Positions 1 through 9,552 of a stretch of 64,000 bases of DNA are shown here, one piece after another (the first letter of the stretch is position 1; the number at the start of each line of letters is the position of its first letter). A program made the position numbers and the translations under genes. Source of the stretch: Chlorobaculum sp. (GTDB lineage Bacteria > Bacteroidota > Chlorobiia > Chlorobiales > Chlorobiaceae); contig JAAXWU010000002.1 in assembly GCA_013334855.1 (NCBI GenBank), forward strand, positions 3,080 through 67,079. Reading direction: 5' to 3'. The notes beneath the pieces were generated by a model. It saw nothing but the letters and a program-made list of their open reading frames with translations, searched no databases and was not told where the DNA came from.

Positions 1-246
1 GGTTTGCCGTCCCATTCAGCAATAAACGAGCTTTTTCAATTCTCCGTCGATCAGTCGGTATGCCTTAAAATCCTCAGTTCCGGAGACTTCGAGGGAAAAA
101 CGCTATCGATCCCGCCACGATTTTGGTTTCGTAACGATTACTGTTGCTTCTGCCAGGCTTCCTGACCTCATGCGAAAAACCCTGCAAACGCTCATTTGCC
201 CTTGAAAATGGGGGCGACAACGACAAAAATCAAAAGAGATTCCCCG

Positions 247-996
247 TCAAAGACGCTTTGCCGGATCGGAATTCGCGAGCAGCATCGAGCGGACGAGGGC
301 GACCGCGAAGATGCCGGCGGTCTCGGCACGCAGCACCGACGCACCGAACGAGAGCGGCGAGAATCCGGCGGCTTCGGCATCGGCAACTTCGGCATCAGTA
401 AATCCGCCCTCGCCGCCGACAAGGATGAGAATCTTTTTCCCGGCTGGCTCGAAGGCGGGAAACGCCTCTTCGCTCTCGTGGGCGATCAGGCGCAGGTCGT
501 AGCCGTCGAGCGAGAGCGCATCACGGAAAGCGAGCGGCGGCGAGAGTTCGGGAAGATAGTACCGGCGGCTCTGGCGGGCGGCTGAGTGGACGATGCCGCG
601 CCACCGTTCGAGTTTGCGCTCGATCTTGCCGGAGTCGGGCGTCGAGACCGTGCGCCTGGTGATCATCGGCACGATGCGCGTGACGCCGAGTTCGGTCGCC
701 TTTTCGAGGAAGAGGTCGAAGCGTTGCGGCAGCTTCAGCAGCGACAAAGCCACCGTGACCTGCGTTTCGGGCGGCGGCACCGTGCGCGGATTCTGGATCG
801 CGCCTTCGAGCGAGTGCTTGCCGATCGCTTCGACCAATAGTTCCGCCGCAAAACCCGCGCCGTCGGTGATGGGCACGAGGTCGCCCGGCTGGCAGCGCAG
901 CACGCGGGCGAGATGATGGAACTCCTCGCCGTCGATCACCGCACGGGCATGGTCGAGGTCGAGCTGACGCGGCTGAACGTAAAAGAGATCCATCAC
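247..996 (-). CDS. rsmE: 16S rRNA m3U1498 methyltransferase
   Basis: HHLARVLR at N-terminus, EKATELGV, C-terminal SPOUT motif VGGEGGF...VLRAETA. Confidence 0.93.
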   Translation of the reverse strand: MMDLFYVQPRQLDLDHARAVIDGEEFHHLARVLRCQPGDLVPITDGAGFAAELLVEAIGKHSLEGAIQNPRTVPPPETQVTVALSLLKLPQRFDLFLEKATELGVTRIVPMITRRTVSTPDSGKIERKLERWRGIVHSAARQSRRYYLPELSPPLAFRDALSLDGYDLRLIAHESEEAFPAFEPAGKKILILVGGEGGFTDAEVADAEAAGFSPLSFGASVLRAETAGIFAVALVRSMLLANSDPAKRL

Positions 997-999
997 CCG

Positions 1000-1695
1000 C
1001 TACCCTTCCTTTTCGGTGACGGCGATGGTCGCGAAGGCCACCTCGACCGCGCCCGCCGTCTTCAGCGCTTTGGCAGCGGCCACCATCGTCGCGCCGGTCG
1101 TCAGCACGTCATCGACCAGCAGCACTCTTGCGGGAGAGCGCTTGCGCCCCGGGCGGAACGCGCCCGCCATGTTCTCGCGTCGTGCCTCCATGCCAAGCCC
1201 GGTCTGCGTGCCGGTGTAGAGGCACCGTTCGAGGCACTCTGTCGCGACGGGCAGTCGGAGCACCCCCGCCATGCCACTCGCAATCGCTTCCGACTGGTTA
1301 TACGAGCGCTCGATGCGCTTGAGGCGATGCAGCGGCACCGGCACGATGGCGTCGAACGTTGCATGATCGCCGTTCTGACGGACAAGCTCCCCGAGCCGCT
1401 TGCCGAACAGCTCGCCAAGCGGAAAAAGCCCGCCATACTTCATGGAGTGCATCGCTTCGTGCAGCGAGCCGCTGCTTTGGTAGGGATAGAGGCTCCATGC
1501 GGCGGATGGAACGGCTTGCTCGTCGAAGTGGCCGCGCACGGTGCTTTGAAGCATCACGCCTCCGGCAATCGCGCCCGGAAACGGGTTGAATTCATCGAAA
1601 CATCCGGCGCAGATGTGCTCCTCGCCTTTGTCGAGCGGTTTGCGACAAAGGATGCAGACCGCGGGGAAGAGCAGATGCGCCAGACCGTCAAGCAT
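1000..1695 (-). CDS. comF: ComF family phosphoribosyltransferase-like protein
   Basis: N-terminal CxxC...CxxC zinc finger, VPVPLH, RSYNQS, LLVDDVLTTGAT PRPP-binding loop. Confidence 0.9.
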   Translation of the reverse strand: MLDGLAHLLFPAVCILCRKPLDKGEEHICAGCFDEFNPFPGAIAGGVMLQSTVRGHFDEQAVPSAAWSLYPYQSSGSLHEAMHSMKYGGLFPLGELFGKRLGELVRQNGDHATFDAIVPVPLHRLKRIERSYNQSEAIASGMAGVLRLPVATECLERCLYTGTQTGLGMEARRENMAGAFRPGRKRSPARVLLVDDVLTTGATMVAAAKALKTAGAVEVAFATIAVTEKEG

Positions 1696-2695
1696 CGCTC
1701 GCGACGGGTTTGCCGGAGGCGAAGCAGAGCGCCGCCGCGCCGTAGATTCCGGCCTTGTTGCCGAGCCGCGCCGGAACGATTTCGAGTCCCTCGTGCATCG
1801 AGGGCAGGGTCGAGCGGTGCAGTTGCATCATCGCGGGCTTGAAAATCAGCTCGCCCGCCGCCGCGATGCCGCCGCCGATCACGAACTTGCGGATGTCCAT
1901 CAGCGCTGTCACGTTGGCCAGCCCGACGCCGAGAATCGAGCCGATCCGCTCCCAGGTGCGCAGAGCCACGGCGTCACCCTCCTTGGCCGCCTGTTCGAGA
2001 TGGCGGGGAGAGAGGCGATCAGTATCGCGATGGCACAGCTCCATGAGGCGCGGGGAGAGGTCCGGCTTCTGGCTGCACGCCATCTCGACGATGCGCTCCT
2101 TGCCGATCAGCCCCTCGATGGTACCCCGAACGCCCGCATGAACATTCTCGCCTTCGAAATCGATGATCATGAAGCCAATCTCGCCCGCCGTGCCGGAGGG
2201 ACCGCGATAGAGCTTGCGGTCGAGGATGATGCCGCCGCCAACGCCCGTGCCGAGCGTCACCAGCATGAAGTCGCGAAACGCATTGCCGCCGCCAAAGATC
2301 GCCTCGCCATAAGCGGCGGCGTTGGCGTCGTTCTCGAGGATGACGGAAGTTTTGATGCCATGCGCCTCTTCGAGACGGAGCCGGAGCTGGTCGCGGAGAG
2401 CGTAACGCTGCTGCCAGCCGGGCAGATTCGGCGCGCAGGAGAGCGTACCCCTGGCCGCATCGACCGCCCCCGGAGCGCCGAGACCGACGCCGGCGAAAAG
2501 GTCGGCATCGAGCGTTTCAACCGCACGCTGATAACAGGCGTCCGCCATGAACGCCAGTTGCCGGACAACGCCTTCAGGCCCGGCGCTGGTATCGGTTGGC
2601 TGGGTATCCTCGAACAGAATCCCTTCCAACTCGCCGACAACCGCTATCTTGATGTTCGTCCCGCCGAGATCGATACCGAGCGCCCATGATGCCAT
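1688..2695 (-). CDS. ROK family sugar kinase (glucokinase)
   Basis: GIDLGGTNIK, ENDANAAAYGE, TLGTGVGGG, AGEIG ROK motifs. Confidence 0.9.
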   Translation of the reverse strand: MASWALGIDLGGTNIKIAVVGELEGILFEDTQPTDTSAGPEGVVRQLAFMADACYQRAVETLDADLFAGVGLGAPGAVDAARGTLSCAPNLPGWQQRYALRDQLRLRLEEAHGIKTSVILENDANAAAYGEAIFGGGNAFRDFMLVTLGTGVGGGIILDRKLYRGPSGTAGEIGFMIIDFEGENVHAGVRGTIEGLIGKERIVEMACSQKPDLSPRLMELCHRDTDRLSPRHLEQAAKEGDAVALRTWERIGSILGVGLANVTALMDIRKFVIGGGIAAAGELIFKPAMMQLHRSTLPSMHEGLEIVPARLGNKAGIYGAAALCFASGKPVASDA

Positions 2696-2707
2696 AACCG
2701 TAACTGC

Positions 2708-3502
2708 TTATGAATTGAAGGGTTTGAGGAACTTCCGGTTGTGCTCTCCCGTCGCGAAGAAGTCGAGAATTTCAACCACCTCCGGCGCTTGCGGAAGGTC
2801 GCGCTGCACGGTTTCAAGCGCTGTGGAGAGCAACAGACCCGACTGGAAGATCACCCGGTAAGCGTCACGGATGTTGCCGATCTGCTCCGGACTGAAACCG
2901 CGCCGCTTCAGGCCAAGCAGGTTGAGTCCCTCGTAACGGAACGAGGCGTGACCGCCAGCCATGACGAAGGGGGGCACGTCGAGCGCAGCGCGGGAGATGC
3001 CGCCGACCATGGCGTACCGGCCAATCCTGACGAACTGGTGTACTCCGGCCAGGCCTCCCACCACCGCGTAATCGCCGACATGGCAGTGGCCGCCGAACTG
3101 CACGGAATTGGCAATCACCACATGGTTGCCGATAACGCAGTCATGGCCCGCGTGAACGTAGGCCATGATGAGATTGTCGGAGCCGACCACCGTCTTGCCG
3201 CTCGCTTTGGTGCCCCGGTTCAGGGTCACGCATTCGCGGATGACCGTCCGGTCGCCGATTTCGAGATAGGTCTTCTCACCGGCGAATTTGAGATCCTGAG
3301 GCTCGGTCGCCAGTACAGCGCCTGACGAAATCCGGCACTCGCTGCCGATCCGAGCGCCATCGGCGATATGGACGTGGGAGGCGACAACCGTCCGGTCGCC
3401 GATGACGACATCATCGCCGATCACGGTGTAGGGGCCGACCACCACCCCTTCGCCAAGTTTCGCGCCTGGGCCGATGATCGCTGTTGCATGAATAGTGCTC
3501 AT
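2708..3502 (-). CDS. lpxA: UDP-N-acetylglucosamine O-acyltransferase
   Basis: Hexapeptide repeats, PQDLKF, IRECVTLNRGT, AYVHAGHDC, GLNLLGLKRRGF. Confidence 0.96.
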   Translation of the reverse strand: MSTIHATAIIGPGAKLGEGVVVGPYTVIGDDVVIGDRTVVASHVHIADGARIGSECRISSGAVLATEPQDLKFAGEKTYLEIGDRTVIRECVTLNRGTKASGKTVVGSDNLIMAYVHAGHDCVIGNHVVIANSVQFGGHCHVGDYAVVGGLAGVHQFVRIGRYAMVGGISRAALDVPPFVMAGGHASFRYEGLNLLGLKRRGFSPEQIGNIRDAYRVIFQSGLLLSTALETVQRDLPQAPEVVEILDFFATGEHNRKFLKPFNS

Positions 3503-3513
3503 GAAAATACCAA

Positions 3514-6153
3514 CTATTGCTTGAGTGAATCCAGACGCTTCCGCAGTTCGGGAAGCGCCATTTTGAGTTCGTTCATGATGCCATCCGCCTCACGAACCTT
3601 TCCCGCCGCCCGGTATGCCTGCGCCAGAGTGAGGAACAGCTCGGGTTCCTGCCGCGCATCGGTTTCGGCCGCAAGCATTTCGAGATATTGAATATACGGA
3701 TATGCTTTCTGCTTTGCACCCTCGGCGGCATAGATACCGGCAACCGATCCGGCAAGTTTCGGCGTGACCGGATAGCGGCTCAGAGGAAAAAGCCGGGTGT
3801 ACCGGTCGAGCGCTTCGAGGGCGAGCTTGCCCGGCGGCACGGCTTTGCGAGCGCCGGATGCCTCCGGCACCATCACCGCGCTCTCACCGGAGGCGTAGAG
3901 ATCGAGCGCCAGCCGCGTGAAGAGCGGCGGATAGTTGCCGAGCAGGTTACGCGATGTCTCCTCGATGTTGACCGCCAGATTGCCAGTGTTGCGGAAGCGA
4001 TAGGTGTTGAACAGATTGCCGTAAAGCGTGCCGGGATCGGCGAAGCTCAGCGCCGAAGCGCTTTTGAGCGGCACGACGCGATAGACGAGACCGTCGAGGC
4101 GCAGATTGCGGTCGAGTCCGGCCATATCAGCGGGATCGACGGTCAGAGCGAAGTAGATCGGGCGTTTGCCGTAATTGTCCACCACGATGGCGTAAACGGC
4201 GATGTCCTGCGGACGCAGGTATCCCGCGCCCTCGTAGGTCAGGGCGGGCCTGATCGTCCAGCGCAGCGAATCGGAAGGAGCGGCGGGCAGGGCGACGCCG
4301 GAGCGGCGGGCGTCGTCATAGAGCCTGCGCGGCTCCGCGCCAGCCGGAATCGAGACGCTGACCGAATCGACCGGCACGTAGGAGATGTTAGACAGATCGC
4401 CATCGCTCATTTCGATATTGACCGGACGCGCTCCTCGCGGGCTTTCGTGCTTGAGTTGCAGCATGTACCATCCGGTGTTGGCCAGACTCAGATTGACCAC
4501 CCGCACGTCAGTTCTGATACGCTCCACCTCCTGAAGATACCAGAGCGGGAAGGTGTCGTTGTCGCCGTTGGTGAAGAGGATGGCGTCCCGGTCGCAGCTT
4601 TGCAGGATGTTCCACGCCCAATCCCACGGCACGTAGTTGCCGGAGCGGTCATGCGTGCGGTAGTTGGCCATGAGCATCCGCCCGTCGATGGCAAAGAGGC
4701 CGGAGGCCACGACGGCGACGGCGAGCCAGAGGCTGTGCGCCGGAGTCAGCGACTTCAGCTTGCCGGAAAGCCAGGTGAAGAGGCTCTCGACGCCGATGCC
4801 GATCCAGAGCGCAAAGGCGAAAAAGCTGCCGACATAGCTGTAGTCGCGCTCACGAGGCTGCGGCTCGGGCTGGTTGAGATAGAGCACGAGGATCACGCCG
4901 GTCATGAGGAACAGCGCTGCCACGGCAAGCGACATCTTCCAGTTTTTCTTGAAATGAGACCATGCGCCGAAAAGCCCCACGAGGAACGGCAATCCCCACA
5001 GCTTTGACCAGTCGACGACCGCCCCTTCCATATCGGTGGAGCGCCCGATGAACTGCCAGCCGAAATAGCGCAGGTACATCCGGTCGAGCTGGTAGCGCCA
5101 GAAGTAGTCCAGCTCGCTCGAATAGCGCTCGTAATAATATTGATAGACCGGCTCGGGAGACCAGCGTCGCGGCCAGATTGGCCACTCGCCGTACTGCTCG
5201 CGGTTGACGTAGGAGAAAAAGGCTTCGAGTGTCGAGGGGTTGTTCTCGTTGATCGGCGGCCCTGCATGCGCCCGCACGAAGATCAGCATGTAGGAGGTGT
5301 AACCGAGGATCAGCAAGAGCACCGAGAGCAGGCCGATGTTCAGCGTCAAGAGACCCTTCCGGTGGCTGAACCAGACGCCGAAGAGCAGCAGCGCGACAAG
5401 CAGCCCCATGCCCCACCACGAGGCGGTGACGAGCAGCACAGGAATGCCCTTGATAATCAGCCTGTAGATCAGGAAGAACAAACCGAGGCTGAACAGAATC
5501 AGGAGGCTGAACGATTTCAGCTCGAACGGGTACTTTTTGAAATAGTAGACGAGCGCGAGCGCAAAGAGCGCGAGCAGGCAGAGCAGATGCACGCCGATGG
5601 AGAGGCCGAACATGTACATCACGCCGAGCAGCCACCGCTCGCTGCCGGGCGCGGGGTCTTCGTCGTACCAGCAGAGCATCATCCAGAAGATCGAGGCGGT
5701 CAGAAGCGACGAGGCTGCCCAGAGGCTGGTCTCGACCGCGTTGAACCAGAAGCTCTCCGAAAAAGCGAGCGCCAGAGCGCCCACCGCCGCGCCGCCATAA
5801 GCTGCGACTTTGTCCGGCAGACTCCACTCGTCGGGACGGGAAGCTCGCGAAATGCCGATCAGCCTGACGATGATCAGGTAGGTCAGCATGATGGTGGCCG
5901 AACTGATGAGGGTGCTGAAGAGGTTGATGCGAGCGCCGATGTCGTGAAAAAAGGGAAGATGCGAAAAGAGATGGCCAACCAGCAGGTAGAGCGGCGCGCC
6001 GGGCGGATGCGGAATGCCGAGGGTGTAGGAGGTGGCGATCACCTCCCCGCAATCCCAGAACGAGAAGGTCGGAGCCATCGTCGAAAGATAGAGGGCTTCG
6101 GCAACGAGAAATATACCGGCGGCAATGATCCGGTTGAGGTTTCTGTGTGTCAT
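3514..6153 (-). CDS. DUF2723 / TMEM260-like polytopic membrane glycosyltransferase
   Basis: SFWDCGE, GIPHPPGAPLY, PRERDYSY, FTNGDNDTFPLWY motifs; many TM segments. Confidence 0.85.
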   Translation of the reverse strand: MTHRNLNRIIAAGIFLVAEALYLSTMAPTFSFWDCGEVIATSYTLGIPHPPGAPLYLLVGHLFSHLPFFHDIGARINLFSTLISSATIMLTYLIIVRLIGISRASRPDEWSLPDKVAAYGGAAVGALALAFSESFWFNAVETSLWAASSLLTASIFWMMLCWYDEDPAPGSERWLLGVMYMFGLSIGVHLLCLLALFALALVYYFKKYPFELKSFSLLILFSLGLFFLIYRLIIKGIPVLLVTASWWGMGLLVALLLFGVWFSHRKGLLTLNIGLLSVLLLILGYTSYMLIFVRAHAGPPINENNPSTLEAFFSYVNREQYGEWPIWPRRWSPEPVYQYYYERYSSELDYFWRYQLDRMYLRYFGWQFIGRSTDMEGAVVDWSKLWGLPFLVGLFGAWSHFKKNWKMSLAVAALFLMTGVILVLYLNQPEPQPRERDYSYVGSFFAFALWIGIGVESLFTWLSGKLKSLTPAHSLWLAVAVVASGLFAIDGRMLMANYRTHDRSGNYVPWDWAWNILQSCDRDAILFTNGDNDTFPLWYLQEVERIRTDVRVVNLSLANTGWYMLQLKHESPRGARPVNIEMSDGDLSNISYVPVDSVSVSIPAGAEPRRLYDDARRSGVALPAAPSDSLRWTIRPALTYEGAGYLRPQDIAVYAIVVDNYGKRPIYFALTVDPADMAGLDRNLRLDGLVYRVVPLKSASALSFADPGTLYGNLFNTYRFRNTGNLAVNIEETSRNLLGNYPPLFTRLALDLYASGESAVMVPEASGARKAVPPGKLALEALDRYTRLFPLSRYPVTPKLAGSVAGIYAAEGAKQKAYPYIQYLEMLAAETDARQEPELFLTLAQAYRAAGKVREADGIMNELKMALPELRKRLDSLKQ

Positions 6154-6191
6154 TCGAGGCTGGTTGTTGACAATTCATATCAGCCGGGCGC

Positions 6192-7328
6192 TCACTCCGA
6201 AAGCAGTTCCGAGGCGACGAGATCGGCGAAGAGAAAGCCCGCTTCGGTCAGCGTGACCCGGTCGCCCTCGACTGCGATCCACCCGTTCTCTTTCAAGCGG
6301 ACAAGAGTGGCATCGAGATGCTGATGCCCTAATTTATGCCCTTTTCGCAAAAAGCCAACAGGGAGCGGACGGCGGATTCTCAGGGAGAGAAAAACCTCCT
6401 CGTCGAAGCGCTGCGCTTCGGTCAGCGCCTCGCGGAAATCGACCGCTCCGGCGGGATCGGCGAGGTACTTCGTGAGGCTGCTCGCGTTCGAGAAGCGCGT
6501 CTCCGTCTCGTCGCTTACGACGAAGCTGTGCGCCGCCGGGCCGAAACCGATGTACGGCTCGCGCATCCAGCTCGCCAGATTGTAGCGCGAATGCTGGCCT
6601 TCGAGCGCGAAGTTGGAAATCTCGTAATGGCGGTATCCCGCACCGCGAAGCCGCTCCGCCGCCTTCCGGTACATCGCCGCCTGCGCCTCTTCGCCGGGCA
6701 GATCGCGAAGTCCCTTGCGCACGTCGCGCCACAAGCGGGTTTTCTCTTCGAGCGTCAGCATGTAGACCGAAATGTGCTGGGGACGAAGTCCGAGCGCCGC
6801 GTGAAGATCGCCCTCCCACTCGGCGAGCGTCTCACCCTCCGCGCCGCACATCAGATCGATGCTCACCGACGCAAACCGTTCGAGCGCTCCGGCAACCGTG
6901 CGTAGCGCATCGCTGGACGAGTGCGCCCGCCCGAGCGCCTTGAGCTTGCGATCTGAAAAAGATTGCACACCGATACTCAGGCGATTGACGCCAACCGCTT
7001 TCAGCGCATCGAGGGATTCGGAGGTGAGGTCTTCGGGATTGGCTTCAAGGGTGATTTCAGTGTCGGAGGAGATTCGCGCCAGGCCAGAAACCTGCGCCAG
7101 CCATGCGGCAATGAAGGAGGGCGGAACCAGCGACGGCGTGCCTCCGCCAAAGTGAATCGCCTTGATCGACTGGCCTTCGAGCATCGACGCTTTCGAAGCG
7201 GTCTCGACAGCAAGCGCCTCGAAAAATCGCTCGACGAAACCGGCTTTGGTCACAAGAAAAAAATCGCAGTAAGAACAACGCTCCCGGCAGAACGGAATAT
7301 GCACGTAAAGGCAGATCATCGGAAGCAT
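6192..7328 (-). CDS. hemW: Radical SAM heme chaperone HemW (HemN-like)
   Basis: LYVHIPFCRERCSYCDF (CxxxCxxC), FGGGTPS, EANP, YEISNF. Confidence 0.88.
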   Translation of the reverse strand: MLPMICLYVHIPFCRERCSYCDFFLVTKAGFVERFFEALAVETASKASMLEGQSIKAIHFGGGTPSLVPPSFIAAWLAQVSGLARISSDTEITLEANPEDLTSESLDALKAVGVNRLSIGVQSFSDRKLKALGRAHSSSDALRTVAGALERFASVSIDLMCGAEGETLAEWEGDLHAALGLRPQHISVYMLTLEEKTRLWRDVRKGLRDLPGEEAQAAMYRKAAERLRGAGYRHYEISNFALEGQHSRYNLASWMREPYIGFGPAAHSFVVSDETETRFSNASSLTKYLADPAGAVDFREALTEAQRFDEEVFLSLRIRRPLPVGFLRKGHKLGHQHLDATLVRLKENGWIAVEGDRVTLTEAGFLFADLVASELLSE

Positions 7329-7373
7329 CGCTCTCTGTGTTCCATCAACATCAAATCGATTCTCCGCCCTTAA

Positions 7374-7395
7374 GTCCCTTTTGTCCCTTAAGTCC
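7374..7395. repeat. GTCC-N5 nonamer tandem repeat (3 units)
   Basis: gtcc at 7374, 7383 and 7392, immediately 3' of gmhB. Confidence 0.6.
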
Positions 7396-7397
7396 TT

Positions 7398-8000
7398 TCA
7401 ATCCTTTGCTGTTGTATTTCCCTCCAGCACAAACCCCGTCACCGCCTGATAGAGATCGTCAGCCACATGATCCGGCGAAATCCCCCGCTCATGGCAGAGC
7501 GCCTCCTCGTTGTGGCCGGTTCTGACGAGGATCGTCTTCAGCTTGGCACGCTGGCCGCATTCGATGTCGATCACCTTGTCGCCGATAAAGAACGACGCCT
7601 CGCGATCCACCTCGAACCCCTCTTCACGCAGGTCGGCGATGGCCTGCTCCACCATGAGCGGCGATGGCTTGCGGCGATCCATGAAGCGGTCGTACTCGGG
7701 ATGAGGATAGTTGGGATGGGCCGGGCAGTAGTAGCAGCGGTCGAACGAGGTCTGGCGTTCGGCGAGCAGTTCGTTGAGGTAGTCGTTGACATCCTCGACC
7801 TCTTGGGGCGTGACGATGCCCCGTGCGATGCCCGCCTGGTTGGTGATGATGACGATACGGAATCCCGCCGCTCGCGCAATCGCGATAGCCTCGTCAGCGC
7901 GGTCGATCAGGATGAACTCCTCCCGGCTCGACACGTAGCTGCCAATATCCTTGTTGATCGTGCCGTCCCGGTCGAGAAAAAGTACCTTTACGCTCTCCAT
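7398..8000 (-). CDS. gmhB: D,D-heptose 1,7-bisphosphate phosphatase
   Basis: LFLDRDGTIN, ITNQAGIARG, YCPAHP, RKPSP, FIGDK HAD-IIIA motifs. Confidence 0.88.
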   Translation of the reverse strand: MESVKVLFLDRDGTINKDIGSYVSSREEFILIDRADEAIAIARAAGFRIVIITNQAGIARGIVTPQEVEDVNDYLNELLAERQTSFDRCYYCPAHPNYPHPEYDRFMDRRKPSPLMVEQAIADLREEGFEVDREASFFIGDKVIDIECGQRAKLKTILVRTGHNEEALCHERGISPDHVADDLYQAVTGFVLEGNTTAKD

Positions 8001-8009
8001 ATCGCTCTC

Positions 8010-9476
8010 TCAGCCAAGCAGGTTGCGGTACAGCTCGGCGTACTTCTCCGCCGAACCGCTCCATGAAAAATCGCGCCCCATGCATTCGAGCATGATCGCG
8101 CTCCAGCGCTCCTTGTCCGCAAACAGCGCCAGCGCCTCCTGAAGCTTCGCCGTCAGCGCTTCGGGCGTGTAGTCGGTGAAGATGAAGCCCGTGCCCTTGT
8201 CGCCAGAGAGCTCCGCGATGGTGTCCACGATGCCGCCGCCAGCGTAGGCGACCGGCACGGTGCCGTAGTTCTGCGCAAACATCTGCATCATCCCGCATGC
8301 CTCGATGCGCGAAGTCATGAGCAGAATATCGAGTCCGGCGATCATCTGGTGATAGAAAGCATCGGTAAACTCAGGGCGGAAAGCCAGCTTTTCCGGGTTC
8401 TCCTCCGCCGTCTCCTTGAGCGCCTGGTCGAACTCCTTGTCGCCCGAACCGAACACGATGAGCTGAATGTCGAGTTCGAGCAGTTTCGCCAGGCTCGCCT
8501 TGACGATCTCCGCCCCCTGAAATGCGTCGAAATTGGCGATCACGCCAACAACGGGGGTCTCTTCGGAGAAGGGCAGCCCAACCTCTTCGAGCAGCACCTT
8601 CTTGTCTTCGAGCTTCAGCTCCGGCTGCTCGACGCTGTAGCGCTTCTTGATGAGCTTGTCGGAGGAGGAGTTCCACTGGCGGGTATCCATGCCGTTGAGA
8701 ATGCCGTGGAAGCGCTCTCCGCACGCAGTCAGCTTCTCGTTCATGCCAAACGAAAGCTCCGGATTATCGACGATCTGGCGGGCGTAACGATCCGATGTGG
8801 TGGTGACCAGGTCGGCGTTTTTGATGCCGGTGGCGAGCAGGTTGACCTCGTCCCCCTGTTTTTCGAGCGCCTCGAACACCTCCGCGTCGAGATGCTTCTG
8901 AAAGAGCTTCGACGGAAAAATGCCCTGGCGATAGACGTTGTGAATGGTCTGCACGACCTTCACCTTTTTGAAAAAGTCGTGTTTGGCGTAGCGCGTCTTG
9001 GCAAGCAGCGCGACAAGCCCCGCGTGCCAGTCGTGGCAGTGGATGATGTCCGGCTGCCAGCCGAGGCGCACGAGCGTCTCCATCACGCCCACGCTGAAAA
9101 AGATCAGCCGTTCAGCGCTCCCCTTGTGATCACCGCCAAGCGAAATATCGGAGAAGAGTCCGTGTCGCTTGAAATATTTCTCGTTATAGAGAAAATAGGT
9201 CTGAATCTTGCTGGACGGAAGGGCTGTCACTTTTATATGCAGCATGTCGGTCTTGTCCTTGAGACGGACTTCGATGTCCGACAGCCGGAGCACATCGTGC
9301 AAGCGGAACTTGCGGTCGTTGATGATACCGTACTTCGGCATCATGATGCGGGCTTCGAAACCCTCCTCCTCAAGCGCCTGGGGAAACGATGCCATGTAGT
9401 CGGCCAGAGCACTGACCCTTATAAAAGGAGACCCCTCGCCAGAGACATAAAGAACCTTGTAATTTCTTCTGGCCAT
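8010..9476 (-). CDS. glgA: Glycogen/starch synthase family (GT5), divergent N-terminal motif
   Basis: IIHCHDWHAG, TIHNVYRQG, GILNGMD, SRIEACG, GGIVDT; KxGGL motif replaced by RVSAL. Confidence 0.82.
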   Translation of the reverse strand: MARRNYKVLYVSGEGSPFIRVSALADYMASFPQALEEEGFEARIMMPKYGIINDRKFRLHDVLRLSDIEVRLKDKTDMLHIKVTALPSSKIQTYFLYNEKYFKRHGLFSDISLGGDHKGSAERLIFFSVGVMETLVRLGWQPDIIHCHDWHAGLVALLAKTRYAKHDFFKKVKVVQTIHNVYRQGIFPSKLFQKHLDAEVFEALEKQGDEVNLLATGIKNADLVTTTSDRYARQIVDNPELSFGMNEKLTACGERFHGILNGMDTRQWNSSSDKLIKKRYSVEQPELKLEDKKVLLEEVGLPFSEETPVVGVIANFDAFQGAEIVKASLAKLLELDIQLIVFGSGDKEFDQALKETAEENPEKLAFRPEFTDAFYHQMIAGLDILLMTSRIEACGMMQMFAQNYGTVPVAYAGGGIVDTIAELSGDKGTGFIFTDYTPEALTAKLQEALALFADKERWSAIMLECMGRDFSWSGSAEKYAELYRNLLG

Positions 9477-9552
9477 CTATCTCAAACTCTGTCTAATTAT
9501 TTTCTCAAATCGCTTTCATAGAATACCTTCAGTTTTTAATTTAAGAATTTTC

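Noticed and set aside
1-246. Short ORFs or a possible RNA element at the window start
   Set aside because: No recognisable motif, tRNA fold or riboswitch; context is cut off by the window edge
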